A stretch of 64,000 nt of DNA from Octopus sinensis. Lineage: Eukaryota. The position numbers and the translations under genes were made by a program. Each line of letters begins with the position of its first letter. The first letter of the stretch is position 1. The notes beneath the pieces were generated by a model. The model was not told the origin of the DNA, did no database searches, and was given only the letters and a program-made list of their open reading frames with translations. This document shows positions 52,321-63,739 of the stretch, piece by piece. The DNA lies in NCBI RefSeq assembly GCF_006345805.1, contig NC_043001.1, forward strand, positions 62,744,001 to 62,808,000, written 5' to 3'.

Positions 52321-52979
52321 AAATTTAAAATGAGGGTGAGAAATTTGATATTAATTTAATTAACATCAATTTCATACCAGTGGTCTAGCATAAAAAATCT
52401 GAAGGTTCAGTAAAATTGTATTATATACATATGAGAGGGATAACCACTATGTGGACAACCCTTATGCTAGAAGTAGATCCGCTATGGTCTTACCACTAAG
52501 AAATGTTCTCAAGAAATATTTAGCAAACAACCAAAACGTAATCGAGCAAGACAAAAGAAAAGCAATAAAAATATGGATTATTCACATACATGTTTCTCTA
52601 TTAACAGATTACGTAATCTTACTTACGTAAATGTCCGTAAATCTTCGGCGTGACCGTCCAAATAAATATAATTTGCAGAACTAAATACTAGGACGTCCGC
52701 ACAAAGTCAGATCTGTATGTAGTTCTACCTATTACACTTGTGGTTACTATTCCAATCTCTTCGTTTTGGTGCGCTAAATTACCGGAAAAAATGATACTGC
52801 AGAAAATGATTTACTGCAGTGGCTTTTGCCGGTTAGAGAACGTATTAATTTAAATTTAAATTTCAAATGCGGGTGAGAAATTTGATATTAATTAAATTAA
52901 CATCAATTTCACACCAGTGGTCTAGCATATAAAAATCTGAAGGTTCAGTAAAATTGTATTATATACATATGAGAGGGAT
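52321..52979 (+). repeat. ~125-bp direct repeats (52321-52441, 52852-52979) around ~410 bp of CpG-rich unique sequence
   Basis: GGGTGAGAAATTTGATATTAATT...AAAATCTGAAGGTTCAGTAAAATTGTATTATATACATATGAGAGGGAT is present twice. Confidence 0.9.
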
Positions 52980-53464
52980 GTTTACTTTCTGAGAATTATT
53001 TTCTTTCAACTTCACTTTCTACTTCACTTTCAACCTATTAGAAAACTAGAAATCACGAAATCCCTTTCTTTACACTATTGTTCCTTTTTTTTTCTTTCAC
53101 TCTATCTCTTTAAAATTATTTTCATCAAAAAAGCACGTGGTTGCAAGTCGTACTTTTATTTCCAGCGAATGTAAGAAGCAAAAAGCATTGTTTTCCTTTT
53201 TGAAAAAAAACTTCGTACAAAAACAAGGATTTGGAATTTTACCTCTTGTGAATAAGTATCCTTTTCATTTGCTTATTTTCCTTTAACTTAAGATAACATC
53301 TGAGTTACAACTTCATCTTTGTTTACTTTCTGAGAATTATTTTCTTTCAGCTTCTATTACAGCGTCCACTTCGCTTTCAATCTATTAGAAAACTAGAAAT
53401 CACGAAGTCCCTTTCTTTACACTATTGTTCCTTTTTTCTTTCACTCTATCTCTTTAAAATTATT
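52979..53464 (+). repeat. ~143-bp direct repeats (52979-53121, 53320-53464)
   Basis: TGTTTACTTTCTGAGAATTATTTTCTTTCA...TATTAGAAAACTAGAAATCACGAA...CTCTATCTCTTTAAAATTATTT is present twice. Confidence 0.9.
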
Positions 53465-53519
53465 TAGAATCATATATTGCTTTTCATTTCCCTACACATT
53501 TCGGTACCTACTCCTACTG

Positions 53520-54240
53520 TCTTCATATCTACCTCTTCCTATCTCCTACCTTGAATATATTCCTCCTTTTCCTCCTCCTCCTCTCTCCCTCCCTTTATCT
53601 CTCTATACACCTACTCTTTCCTTCTCTCTTGCATATCTTAATCTTTTCTCATCTCTCTCCCTCCCTTTCATATCCTCCTCTTTTCTCACTTCTCTTTCCT
53701 TTCCTTTGCATCTCACATCTACCTCTCCTCCTGTCACCTCACCCTCTCCCTCATATACTTCTCATTTGCCCATTCCTCTCACTCAGTTTCTCCCTCTCTC
53801 TCTCACATCCTTCATCCTTTCCTGTCTCTCCCTCACTCTGGCTCTCTTTCTCTTGCTGTCCTCTCCCTCCCTCTATTTCATTTTCTCTTCCCCTCCTCTC
53901 CTTCACTCTGCCTCTCTTTCTCTTCCCCTCCTCTCTCTCCCTCTGTCTCTCTTTCTCTTCCCCTCCTCTCCCTCCCTATATCTCTCTTTCTCTTCCCCTC
54001 CTCTACTTCACTCTGTCTCTCTTTCTACTCCCCTCCTTTCCCTCAATCTGTCTCTCTTTCTCTCCCCTTCCTCTGTCTCTTTAACACGCCAAACCCCGTT
54101 GCTTTCCCCATATCACCCTCTCTACTTCTTTCATGGCACCTCTCTCTTTCCTTCATATCTCCCTCTCTCTTTCCCTATTTCCCCCCTTTGTGCTTCTCCT
54201 CTATCTCACATTACCTCTCTAGCCTCTACTCCCCCTCTGG
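53520..54240 (+). repeat. Polypyrimidine (CT-rich) tract, with a ~50-bp internal repeat at 53850-54080
   Basis: Directly visible CTCTCTTTCTCTTCCCCTCCTCT units. Confidence 0.9.
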
Positions 54241-54254
54241 GCTTAAAAACGAAG

Positions 54255-55130
54255 ATGGCACCAAAATGGGAAAAGAAAGAATTAAATCTTCTGCTTCGAG
54301 CATGGACGATTGCTAGTGGCGATCTGCCAAACAACATCATCACTGTTGCACTAAAGAAAAATGACTTTCACAGAACCATTGACCAGATAGAGCGGAAGAA
54401 GAGTGAATTTATCCGGTCTTATATGCTTATAAGGCTACACATTAACACTTTGGATAACATAATCGAAAACTATTGTGGCAAGGCTAATAAGGATGGAGAA
54501 GACGAAAAAGAAAAGGGAACAAAACCCCAAAGTCTCTGTAATCTAGAGGTTCATCAAGAGAATGGATCACCCGCCCCGGTGAACAACAAGGCAGAAAAGG
54601 ATAGGGGAGCCAAGGATGCAGTAACTGGAAGCCCCCCCCCCCTGTGCCAGTGGTCCAACAAAGGAACAGAGCTCTCACTCCATTAGAAAAACAAGAAAAA
54701 AGTCCACACCACAAGAAAAAAAAAGAACGGAAAACAAAGATAAAGAAGGAAGGGGAGAAAAAGGAAAAAACAAAACAACCAAAACCGAAACCCCAATCCA
54801 CCAAACAAACAATAGAAAACCCCATGGATAATCCAATGCCATCCAAAACCCAACAGGAAAGAAGAAATCTGGAAGGCACCCAAGCACCTGCAAGGCAAAT
54901 GTTGGAATGGGGAGGACAGCAAAAACTGCCGGTTTGCCCACCCAACACCCCGCCAGAACTACAGGGGCCTTAAAGAGAAAAACTTCACTGAGGAAAGGCA
55001 ACAAATGTTTCCCAGGAAACATTCAGAAAAGAAGTGTGCTCCGCAGATGTTCTGCACGAAACAGCAGCTAAGCAAGAGTCTTTTTTGTGCATGGCGCAAA
55101 GGATTGCACAGCAGCTAACCTGCCTACACC
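54255..55130 (+). pseudogene. ORF1 of a CR1-like LINE, disrupted, with degenerate CCCH zinc fingers
   Basis: ATG at 54255 (MAPKWEKKELNLLL...), Lys-rich linker, KHLQGKCWNGEDSKNCRFAHP at ~54885-54945; lies directly upstream of the APE domain. Confidence 0.65.
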
Positions 55131-55189
55131 AAGCACAAAGAAGGAACCTTGCCCACCACAGTCAACAGACACGGGATAGCCTTCCCTAA

Positions 55190-57017
55190 CGCCTGCACAG
55201 CCGTCACCCCAATTCTTTTACTAAATATTGGGAGCCTGTTGCATCAAATAAAAACAAAATTTCTCCCCTGAGAGATCTTACTGCATGCAATCAAGCCCTA
55301 TGCATAGCACTTGTGGAAAATCACCTCGGCCTTGATATAGAGGACGTAGAAGTACACGTACCAAACTAGGCCATACTGTGAACAGACCGAAGGGAAAGGA
55401 GCCATGGTGGAGTTGCTGTATACATCCGTGATGACATCACACCCCAGGTCTTACTGGCATACTCAAATTCGGCATGTGACACTCTAATTGTATACATAAG
55501 ACAATATAGTCATATGCAATATATATTGCCCACTGGATGCTCCAAATCACATAGACAAATTTGAAGATTGCCTCACAAGAATTAAAGAAATCCTCATGAA
55601 TCTGGAACACTACGTGGCCATATTTCTTATGGATGATTTCAACTTCCCCAACGTCAAGACTGGATCTCTGTTTCACAAATAATATGGATCTCATCCATAA
55701 TGTGAAAGTGACACCGACGCTACTCTCGGATCACAACATGGTAGAGCTGACCATGTACGGGCCAGAGGAAAGCATGGACATGCAGTCTACAAGAAACTCT
55801 CAGAATCTTTCCAGCTTGAACTTCCATAAGGCAAACTGGAAACAAATTGAGAAAGAGATCCTAAACAAAACTGGCCGGAATGTCTCTCCTCGCCAGACAT
55901 CGACGTGAAACTTCAACAATTCATGTCTGTAATGCAAGCCATATGCTACAAATGTGTCCCAGAGAGAAAGGCCACTGTACACAAGAACAAAATCCCCAGA
56001 GAGAGGAAAATTCTAATGAGACGGTGTATAAAAGTTTCAAATCGCCTAAACAAACAAATTGAAAGCGGTGAAAAGTATCGCCTGAAAATAAAACTGTTGG
56101 AAATTGAAAAATGTCTGCAACTCTCCCATGAAAAAGAAAGAGCAGACAAAGAAGCTTGGGCTATGGACAATATAAAATCTAACCCCAGAGCTTTCTACAG
56201 GTATGCCAAAGAAACAGCTACGGTGCACTGTGGGATAGGGCCACTCCTTGAAAAGGATAGCACACTCACAGAAAATCCAATGAGGATAAGTGAAATACTA
56301 AATGAGCAATTCAAGAGTATTTTCACTCCACCCCTAGGGCATTTTCAAGTCAGCAATCCAACTGACTTCTTTACCACTGCAGATACAAAATCAGAGGCAA
56401 CGATGATTGATTATATCAATATAAAGGAAGACGATGTAATAAAGGCTATAGATGAAATGAAAACAAACTCAGCTACTGGCCTCGATGGATTCCCAGCAAT
56501 CATTCTAAAAGTATGTAAGAGAGTCCTAGCAAGACCACTGCAGTTCCTCTTTCAGAGCTTCCTTGCAGCTGGCAAACTTCCAAGAAAACTGAAGGAAGGT
56601 AAAATATGCCCTATTCATAAAGGAGGTAGCAGAGCGGAGGCCAAGAACTACAGATCTATCTCTCTGACGTCATACATCAGCAAGGTCATGAAACGAATAG
56701 TCAGAAGGAAACTAATCGCCTTCCTTGAAGAAAATGACTTGCTGCCTGACATCCAACATGGTTTCCGACCAGGAAGAAGCTGCCTAACTCAGCTCCTACA
56801 ATACTATGACTGGGTGCTGAAACGACTGCTCAACCACTCAAATGTGGAAGTGATATATCTCGACTTTGCAAAGGCCTTTGATAAAGTCGATCATGGAATG
56901 ATATGTCACAAACTGCGTGATCTTGGCATAGTTGGAAAATTGGGAGAATGGCTTCATGACTTTCTGAAGGATAGAAGCCAGGTGGTAGTAGCCACTTCCA
57001 TTAACACGCAAATAGTG
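55190..57017 (+). mobile_element. ORF2 of a CR1-like LINE (APE disrupted; RT region open ~370 aa up to the gap)
   Basis: LLNIGSL, RSHGGVAVYIRD, MDDFNFP, DLCFTN..LSDHNMV (APE); KNYRSISLTSYISKVM, QHGFRPGRSCLTQL, VIYLDFAKAFDKVDHG (RT). Confidence 0.93.
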
Positions 57018-57117
57018 NNNNNNNNNNNNNNNNNNNNNNNNNNNNNNNNNNNNNNNNNNNNNNNNNNNNNNNNNNNNNNNNNNNNNNNNNNNNNNNNNNN
57101 NNNNNNNNNNNNNNNNN
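57018..57117. other. Assembly gap (100 N)
   Basis: Run of exactly 100 N. Confidence 1.
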
Positions 57118-57119
57118 TA

Positions 57120-59278
57120 AAGAGGAAGTGGGAGTAATAGGCAGAGTAAAGTGAAATGTTAAAATATTGAGTTTTCTCGAATTTTGTCTTAATTGGGGGT
57201 GAAATTGAAAGAAATTTTGTATGGCATGACCCAATGGAAGTTCTTTGAAAAATCATAGGTAAAGTCTAATTGAAGAAATTGTGTGAGGAGTAAATCGTTA
57301 TGTATTTATTTGTTTCTGTTTGCTGCTTTTTTTATTTTTGAGTAGTGTTGTAAGGTAGACTTGCAAAGAGAAGTGGGAGAAACGAGAGTGATAGCGTGAG
57401 TGAATCAGATCGCTCCCTTTTTGTGTGTGTGCGTGTGCGTGTGGTGTAAACCACATTAAGAAAAGCATTTGACATACACACCAGAATGTGAGTTTTCTGT
57501 AAATTTTGCTTAATTGGGGTTGAAATTTTAAAAACTGGACCTGGCATGACCCGATGCATTCTACTCTTAAAAATGCTAAGTAAATTGTAATTGAAGAAAT
57601 CCTATATTGTAGATTTCTATAACTGACAAAGGGAGGCAGATAAAATCTGCCTTTTATAATAAGAGATAATTTATGCTGTATGAAAGGTATTTATATAAAA
57701 TTCCATTAAAGGATATATATTTTCCTGAAAGTTATGAGGGAAAAAATCGGATCATGTGAATTTTCCAAAAGTTCTCTCCTCACCTCTTTGGAGAAATATT
57801 TTAAAAGATTTTACCCACAAATTTCTTTATAATTCTAATCTATGCCATTTGAAAGGTATTTATATGAAATTTCATCTAAAAGAATCCATTTTCCTAAAAG
57901 TTATGAGGGAAAAACTTGGATGTTTTGAATTTTCCGAAGTCCTCTCTCCACTCAAACCCCGTTGCTTTGCGCACATTTTTGTTTTCATGTTCGTTTCATA
58001 CACATTTTTTTTTATACCTGTTGCACTATTTTTTTTTTGTTTGTTTTCGTTTCCGGACAATTTTGTAAATATTAACCAAAAATTGACATGGAATCCGACA
58101 GCGAAAAGAATAATCGATTGTCAAGCACCAAAGATTATCCAGATATTTTATTAATGACCTCAATTACAATCGGATCAATGTTGAGGAAATATTTCTTGCA
58201 AAAAAAAAAATACCTGTCACCTGACTATATTTCGGATTCTCAACTTCAAGGACAACAACAAACCTGACCAATTTTACTTCTAAACCTGATGCAACATTAC
58301 AAAATGACAATGCAATACTTGCAAGGTAATGATTTCAAACAGGTATGTAATTTTTAAGAAAGAAACAGCCCCCGTTTTGTTACATATTAGGTCACTGTAA
58401 TTCATGCATCGAAAAAAAGATTAAAATTTTCCAATAATTCCAGTTTCCTTCTCCCCCCACTTTCCAAAGAAAAATAGTCTGCAGCACATTAGGCAACCCT
58501 CATGCATGCTGTTTAAAAGGTAGTTATGTGCAATTTCATTATAAAATATCCATTTTCCTCAAAGTTTTTAGATCCTGTAAGTTTGATCCTGTGAATTTTC
58601 CAAGTCCTGTCCTCACACCACCTCTGTTCGCCAGCGCGCATTTTTTCATAATCATTTAGTACACATTATTTTACGCCTATTGCACTTTTTCTTTTCTTTG
58701 TTTGGTGGCCAGGTGTCAAGTTAGGTTACTGGATCGTGTGAATTATCCAAGTCCACACCCAACCCACCTCCCATCACAAAAATTGAAAAATCAAGTGTAC
58801 TAGGTGTAAAATGAAAGAAAAAATTGCACCGACACACGGATTTTTTTGCATGGAATCAAGTACCCTGACCTCCTAATATGCTGCAAATCCCTTATTTTGG
58901 TTTGGAAAGGCGGCGCAATGGGGGCAACCACCCATATCCCAGAATCATTAGAAATTTTCTTTTTCACTGAATTCCTGTGACCTCCTAATATGCTACAAAA
59001 TCAATTTCGGGGTCCAAAACACTGGGTGGGGTGATGTGGAAGTCTCGGAAATTTCACCCCCACCCCCATTGATCTTTTCACTCACATGATTTTCACTAAG
59101 GGAAAAAAAATAAGAATCAGATTTTTTTTTGTGTTGAATCAAATACCTTGACCTCCTAATATGCTAAAAACACTTTTGGGGGTCCGAAAACAGGGTAGGG
59201 TGACATGGAAGCCTTGGAAATTTTACCCACTCCCAACATTTTACAGAAATAAATTTTCCAGAATGTGAATTACATGGT
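57120..59278. repeat. Non-coding mosaic of diverged internal repeats (probable non-autonomous DNA-transposon body), continuing at 60940-61225
   Basis: TTAATTGGGG..GAAATT..GGCATGACCC twice (57190, 57510); AAAGGTA.TTAT...TTTTCCT.AAAGTT three times (57680, 57850, 58515); GACCTCCTAATATGCT three or more times (58865-59165, 60975-61095). Confidence 0.75.
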
Positions 59279-60510
59279 TCATCATCATCATCATCATCGT
59301 TTAACGTCCGTTTTCCACGCTAGCACGGGTTGGACGGTTCGACCGGGGTCTGGGAAGCCAGGGGCTGCTCCAGGCTCCAGTCTGATCTGGCAGAGTTTCT
59401 ACGGCTGGATGCCCTTCTTAACGCCAACCACTCCGCGAGTGTAGTGGGTGCTTTTTACGTGCCACCTGCACAGGTGCCAGGGGGGGGTCCGGCATCGGTC
59501 ACGATCGGTTCGAGCTTTTAACATGGCATCGGCCACATTCGGATGGTGCTTTTTATGTGCCACCGGTACAGGCATCATAACTACTATTTCCATTGATATT
59601 TATTTCGATGTTCATGTTCATGTACTTGACTCAACAGGTCTCCTCAAGCACAGCGGGACGATCTGGGATCCGGGGTACTTTGAATGGGCAGGGGCTATGC
59701 AGAACTGATACAGGAAGCAGCCCGGGTCTTTGCAGTCACAGCATATCTCCAGAGATCTCGGTCCTTCGCCATTGCCTCAGTGAGGCCCAACACTCTGAGG
59801 TCATGCTTGACTACCTCATCCCATGTCTTCCTGGGTCTACTTCTCTCCCTGATACCTTCAACTGTTTGGGAGTGGGACTTCTTCACACATCTCTCCTCAT
59901 CCATCCGCAGCACATGACCATACCATCGCAAGCGTCGCTCTTGCACACCACATCTGATGCTTCTTATATCCAGCATTTCTCTCAGGATGCTTACACTCTG
60001 TCGTGCGTGCACACTGACATTACACATCCAGCGGATCATGCTAGCTTCATTCCTTTCAAGTCTACGCATGTCCTCTGCAGTCACAGCCCATGTTTCATTA
60101 CCGTGAAGCATGGCAGTTCGCACACATGTATCATACAATCTACCTTTCGCTCTGAGGGAGAGACCCTTTGTCGCCAGTAGGGGTAGGAGCTTTCTGAACT
60201 TTGCCCAGGCTATTCGTATTCTAGTGGTGATACTCTCTGTGCATCCACCTCCGCTACTAACTTGGTCACCCAGGTAGCGGAAACTATCAACTACTTCTAG
60301 TTTCTCTCCCTGGAGTGTGATGGAATCTGTTTTCTGAGTGTCTGTGGTGTCTATTGTCCCTGTGCATCTGCCGCACATGAAAGCTATCTTATCTGTTAAT
60401 TTCCCTTTAATGTTGCTGCACCTCTTGTGCGTCCATAGCTTACATTGGGTGCATCTTATGGAGTTTCTACCTGCACCTTTCCTACAGATTGAGTACGCCT
60501 TGCTGCTTAC
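59279..60510 (-). mobile_element. 5'-truncated young RTE (PHD + RT C-terminus + tail)
   Basis: ORF 59695-60378 open for 227 aa; [32 protein letters not shown] at ~60350-60490. Confidence 0.95.
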
Positions 60511-60585
60511 TATTACTTTGGTCTTTGCTTATATATATATATAGTAGAGAATGTGACATTTATATTGTGTGTATATATATAAAAT

Positions 60586-60887
60586 ACAGCGTACATTTAA
60601 ACACATTAAGGTGTCCATCATAGGACTACCTTACGCTAGAAGGAACAGCTAAAGTCCAAACCACTAATTAGGGATAAATTCTCAAAGGGAATGAAAAATA
60701 AAAACATTTACCATCTATTTCCTGAACTGGTTTCTGATTTATTTGAGCAAATATTTGCTAAAAAATGTTTTTATTTTTCATTCCCTTCGAGAATTTATCC
60801 CTAATTAGTTGTTTGGACTTTAGCTGTTCCTTCTAGCGTAAGATAGTCCTGTGATGGACACCTCTTAATGTGTTTAAATTTACACTG
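60586..60887. mobile_element. Tc1/mariner-type MITE, near-perfect ~125-bp TIRs, TA target duplication
   Basis: TA|CAGCGTACATTTAAAACACATTAAG...AAAAACATTT versus AAATGTTTTTATTTTTCATTCCC...TTTAAATTTACACTG|TA. Confidence 0.92.
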
Positions 60888-61835
60888 TATATTATATGAA
60901 TAATATAGTCTATTGACTAATTTTTCTTGATGCTAGGCCACTGGTAGTAAAAATTATCACTAAGGAAAAAAAATTCCTAATATACTGCAAATCCCTTATT
61001 TTGTTTTGGAAAAATTGGGGGGGGGGGGGCGAATTGGAATTTTTTTTACATTGAATGAACTCCTGTGACATCCTAATGTTACCCATCCTAATATACTAGA
61101 AAACCCTTTTTGCAGTGCGAAAAAGGGAGTGGGGTGACATGGAAGCGTCGGAAGCTTCACCCACTCCCAACATTTTACAGAAATAAAATTTCCAATGTGT
61201 GAATTGCATGGTTCATTATTAAATATATATATGCTGTGTATATTTGGTGTATATATATATACATATATATAATAGCATGTATGTAGACAGGTAAAAATTC
61301 AGGCAAACTGCTACTTACCTCTTTGCTGTCAAAAAAATGGATTAATTCTCAGCAAAAAACACTTTTATGCTAGACCAGTCAAGCTTTGTACCATTTTACA
61401 AAAAAACAAAAACAAAAATCTTTCGTGCGCAGACTAATTTTTGAATGCGGTGGGGGGAAGAATGTTGTTTCTCTAGAGAAGCGATTTAAAATGAATATAT
61501 CTTTGTGAAAGGAAGAGAGAGAATAAAAGTTGCATATTTACCGCTAAACTTTTACAAAATTAAATCTATTTTTAATCTCAAATTTTCTATGAAAAACTCC
61601 AAACTGACTGAACTAAATGTCGATATCCTAAAAATAACGGCCAAATACCTGGAGAACTTTTGTGTCTGTGTGTGCACACACAACAATTTCAATGACTTAT
61701 ACATATAAACAGAAAGAACAGAAATATATGTTCTACACGCCTGTTGTTATATATGTCAACTTCTGTTTTTGGATCCATGAAGTTTTTGAGGATGACAGAA
61801 AAGCTACTCAATGCACCCACTAAAAGATTTTGGGG

Positions 61836-61985
61836 ATGGGGCTAATGCAGATTCACACCTTCCCTTCAGAAAAGCATTTTTCTGAAAAAGTATATTTTAA
61901 TATGTATAACCCAGGAATCTAAATAAAATTTTTCAGAAAAATGCATTTTTCTAAGAGAGGTGCAAATCTGCATTAGCACCCCTGG
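61836..61985. mobile_element. Small palindromic MITE nested in the Merlin element
   Basis: GGGCTAATGCAGATTCACACC..AGAAAAGCATTTTTCTGAAAA versus TTTTCAGAAAAATGCATTTTTCT..GGTGCAAATCTGCATTAGCACCC. Confidence 0.75.
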
Positions 61986-62084
61986 AATTGCAATTAAGCA
62001 GTAGAAAAGTGTGACTGGTCTATGAGGGGGACGTACAATTGGGCTGCCTGTCGAAAGAATTTGTGGAGTAACAAAAATTTATAT

Positions 62085-62890
62085 CTCTCTGAGGAGATAA
62101 ATATCTAGATAGCTATTGATTTAAATATTTTGACTGGATGCCTGGTCGCCGAATCCATTCTTTTACATCCCTCCACAAATGTTCAATGTTTTGTGTGTAT
62201 ATGTGTGTCAGATGTACAAAGTTTTTAGAATGATTTACCATGTAATGGTGGTAACCCAAACTGCTTATATTTTTGTAGGCAGCCTAAGAATCACTGTAAA
62301 TAATTCAGCCTGGTTTGATATGTTTTTGGATCAAAGGAACCAGTGTTGCTTTGTCACGCTTCTTATTAATAAGAGGCACAACAAAATAACACTTACTGGT
62401 TCGCTCTATTCCACCAAACAACCAAACTTGGCTCAGAATTCGACCCCCTCCTGTACTTACGACAAACAATCAAAGGCTCATCAATTTTGACTTTGATTGA
62501 TTCGCCGCCAATCAGTTCCTGAGATTGAAACCACTTTTCCATAATTTCAGAACAAAACGATCTTCCAGTCCAGACTGGTTGCTGAACCCAATTCCAGGTT
62601 TTCCATGACTGTGTAATGCATCCATGAAGCATGCAGAAATTCATTCACAAAGAGAATGAGTTCCCATGGAGGAATGCTTGCATTATGAAGAAAGGACCTA
62701 TGAAAGTCCGATATAGAATAACCACACTGACGCCACTTTTTCGATTTGGCAGCAGTGTAACTTTTTCTACATCGCCAGACATATTGGTCCTCTCTGTACA
62801 CACATTCATTTCCACATTGAGTACATGCCACAGAATTCCAAAGGAATTCTACAGCTTTTCCGTCTTCCTCAACAAAGTTAAGGATACAAA
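62085..62890 (-). pseudogene. Merlin/ISXO2-type DDE transposase, frameshifted
   Basis: N-terminal zinc ribbon CTQC..WRCRK..C; IGGESIKVKIDE..RKYRRG; IIYSDS*AAY; VNHSKNFV; TQNIEHLWRDVK. Confidence 0.88.
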
Positions 62891-63613
62891 TATATTTGTA
62901 TTCGCAAGTTCTTATTTTTATGTTTCTGATCTCTCTCTCTCTCTGTCCTATCTTTCTCTCTCTCTCTCTCAATGTTTTACAGCTTCATACCAGCGTTTTA
63001 AGAAAAAGCAAACTCAAAAATCTTCTGCGCCCTAATTTTTGCATGTGGGGGGGGGGGGTGAGAACGATGAACAATTTGAAATAAATATATCTTAATTGTT
63101 GTGTGAGAAAGTATACATATTCTGATGATGAAGTATCTTTAAAAAACATCCTAAATTTATAGACTATATTGTGTATGTTTAAGACAAAAAAACATTTTAA
63201 AGAAAAATTTCCCATAGTGTTAATTACATGGTTCATTATTAAACATATATATATATATATATATATATATGGCTGAGAATGAGACATTGTCCATCTGTCT
63301 TCTCCCGCCCCACCCACACAAAAATTAGTTTGGGCACGAAAGAGTTTTGTTTTTGTTTTTTCGTAAAACACTGGTACAAAGTTCAACTGATCTAGCATAA
63401 AAGTGTGTTTTGTTGAGAATTGATCCATTTTTTTGACTAAGTAAATTTTTACCTGTCTACATACATACATATACACACTATTGGAAAGACTTCCTCCCAA
63501 ATGAATTTATTTTTATTTTTGTTTTTGCCTAAAACCTGTTTTCGGATACGAAAATTCTGGAAAATTGCCAACATTTTGAAATTTTCAAAAATTTCTTTAT
63601 TTTTGACTTTTTT

Positions 63614-63653
63614 CCCTATCCCTAAAACCCTAAACCTAACCCTCAAACCCTAG
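63614..63653. repeat. Short degenerate (CCCTAA)n-like tract
   Basis: CCCTATCCCTAAAACCCTAAACCTAACCCTCAAACCCTAG. Confidence 0.55.
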
Positions 63654-63739
63654 CAGATTCATATTCTCTGCAGTGGAAAACATGGGGGGAGGGGTCGAAA
63701 AAATAAATAAAAGTGGAGGTTTTGGGGGTACAAAAGGAA

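Larger units (their letters stand above)
61277..63467 (-). mobile_element. Merlin (IS1016/ISXO2-like) DNA transposon with ~180-bp TIRs
   Basis: TIRs at ~61277-61458 and ~63303-63467 (ATGTAGACAGGTAAAAATT...AAAAAAATGGAT.AATTCTCA...); the transposase relic lies between them. Confidence 0.8.

Noticed and set aside
53551-54254. Leu/Ser/Pro/Phe-rich ORFs (177 aa and the N-terminal part of the 326-aa ORF)
   Set aside because: Translation of the CT-rich tract; only the part from ATG 54255 is plausible ORF1.
5547-57117. Both gaps adjoin complementary halves of the same CR1-like family, suggesting a misjoin
   Set aside because: The fragments are in opposite orientation, do not overlap and differ in divergence context; independent copies breaking the assembly is the simpler explanation.
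58077-58330. Short acidic ATG-start segment (MESDSEKNN...) with a downstream GT donor, resembling an exon or piggyBac N-terminus
   Set aside because: The frame breaks after ~40 codons, there are no recognisable motifs, and it is embedded in a repeat mosaic.
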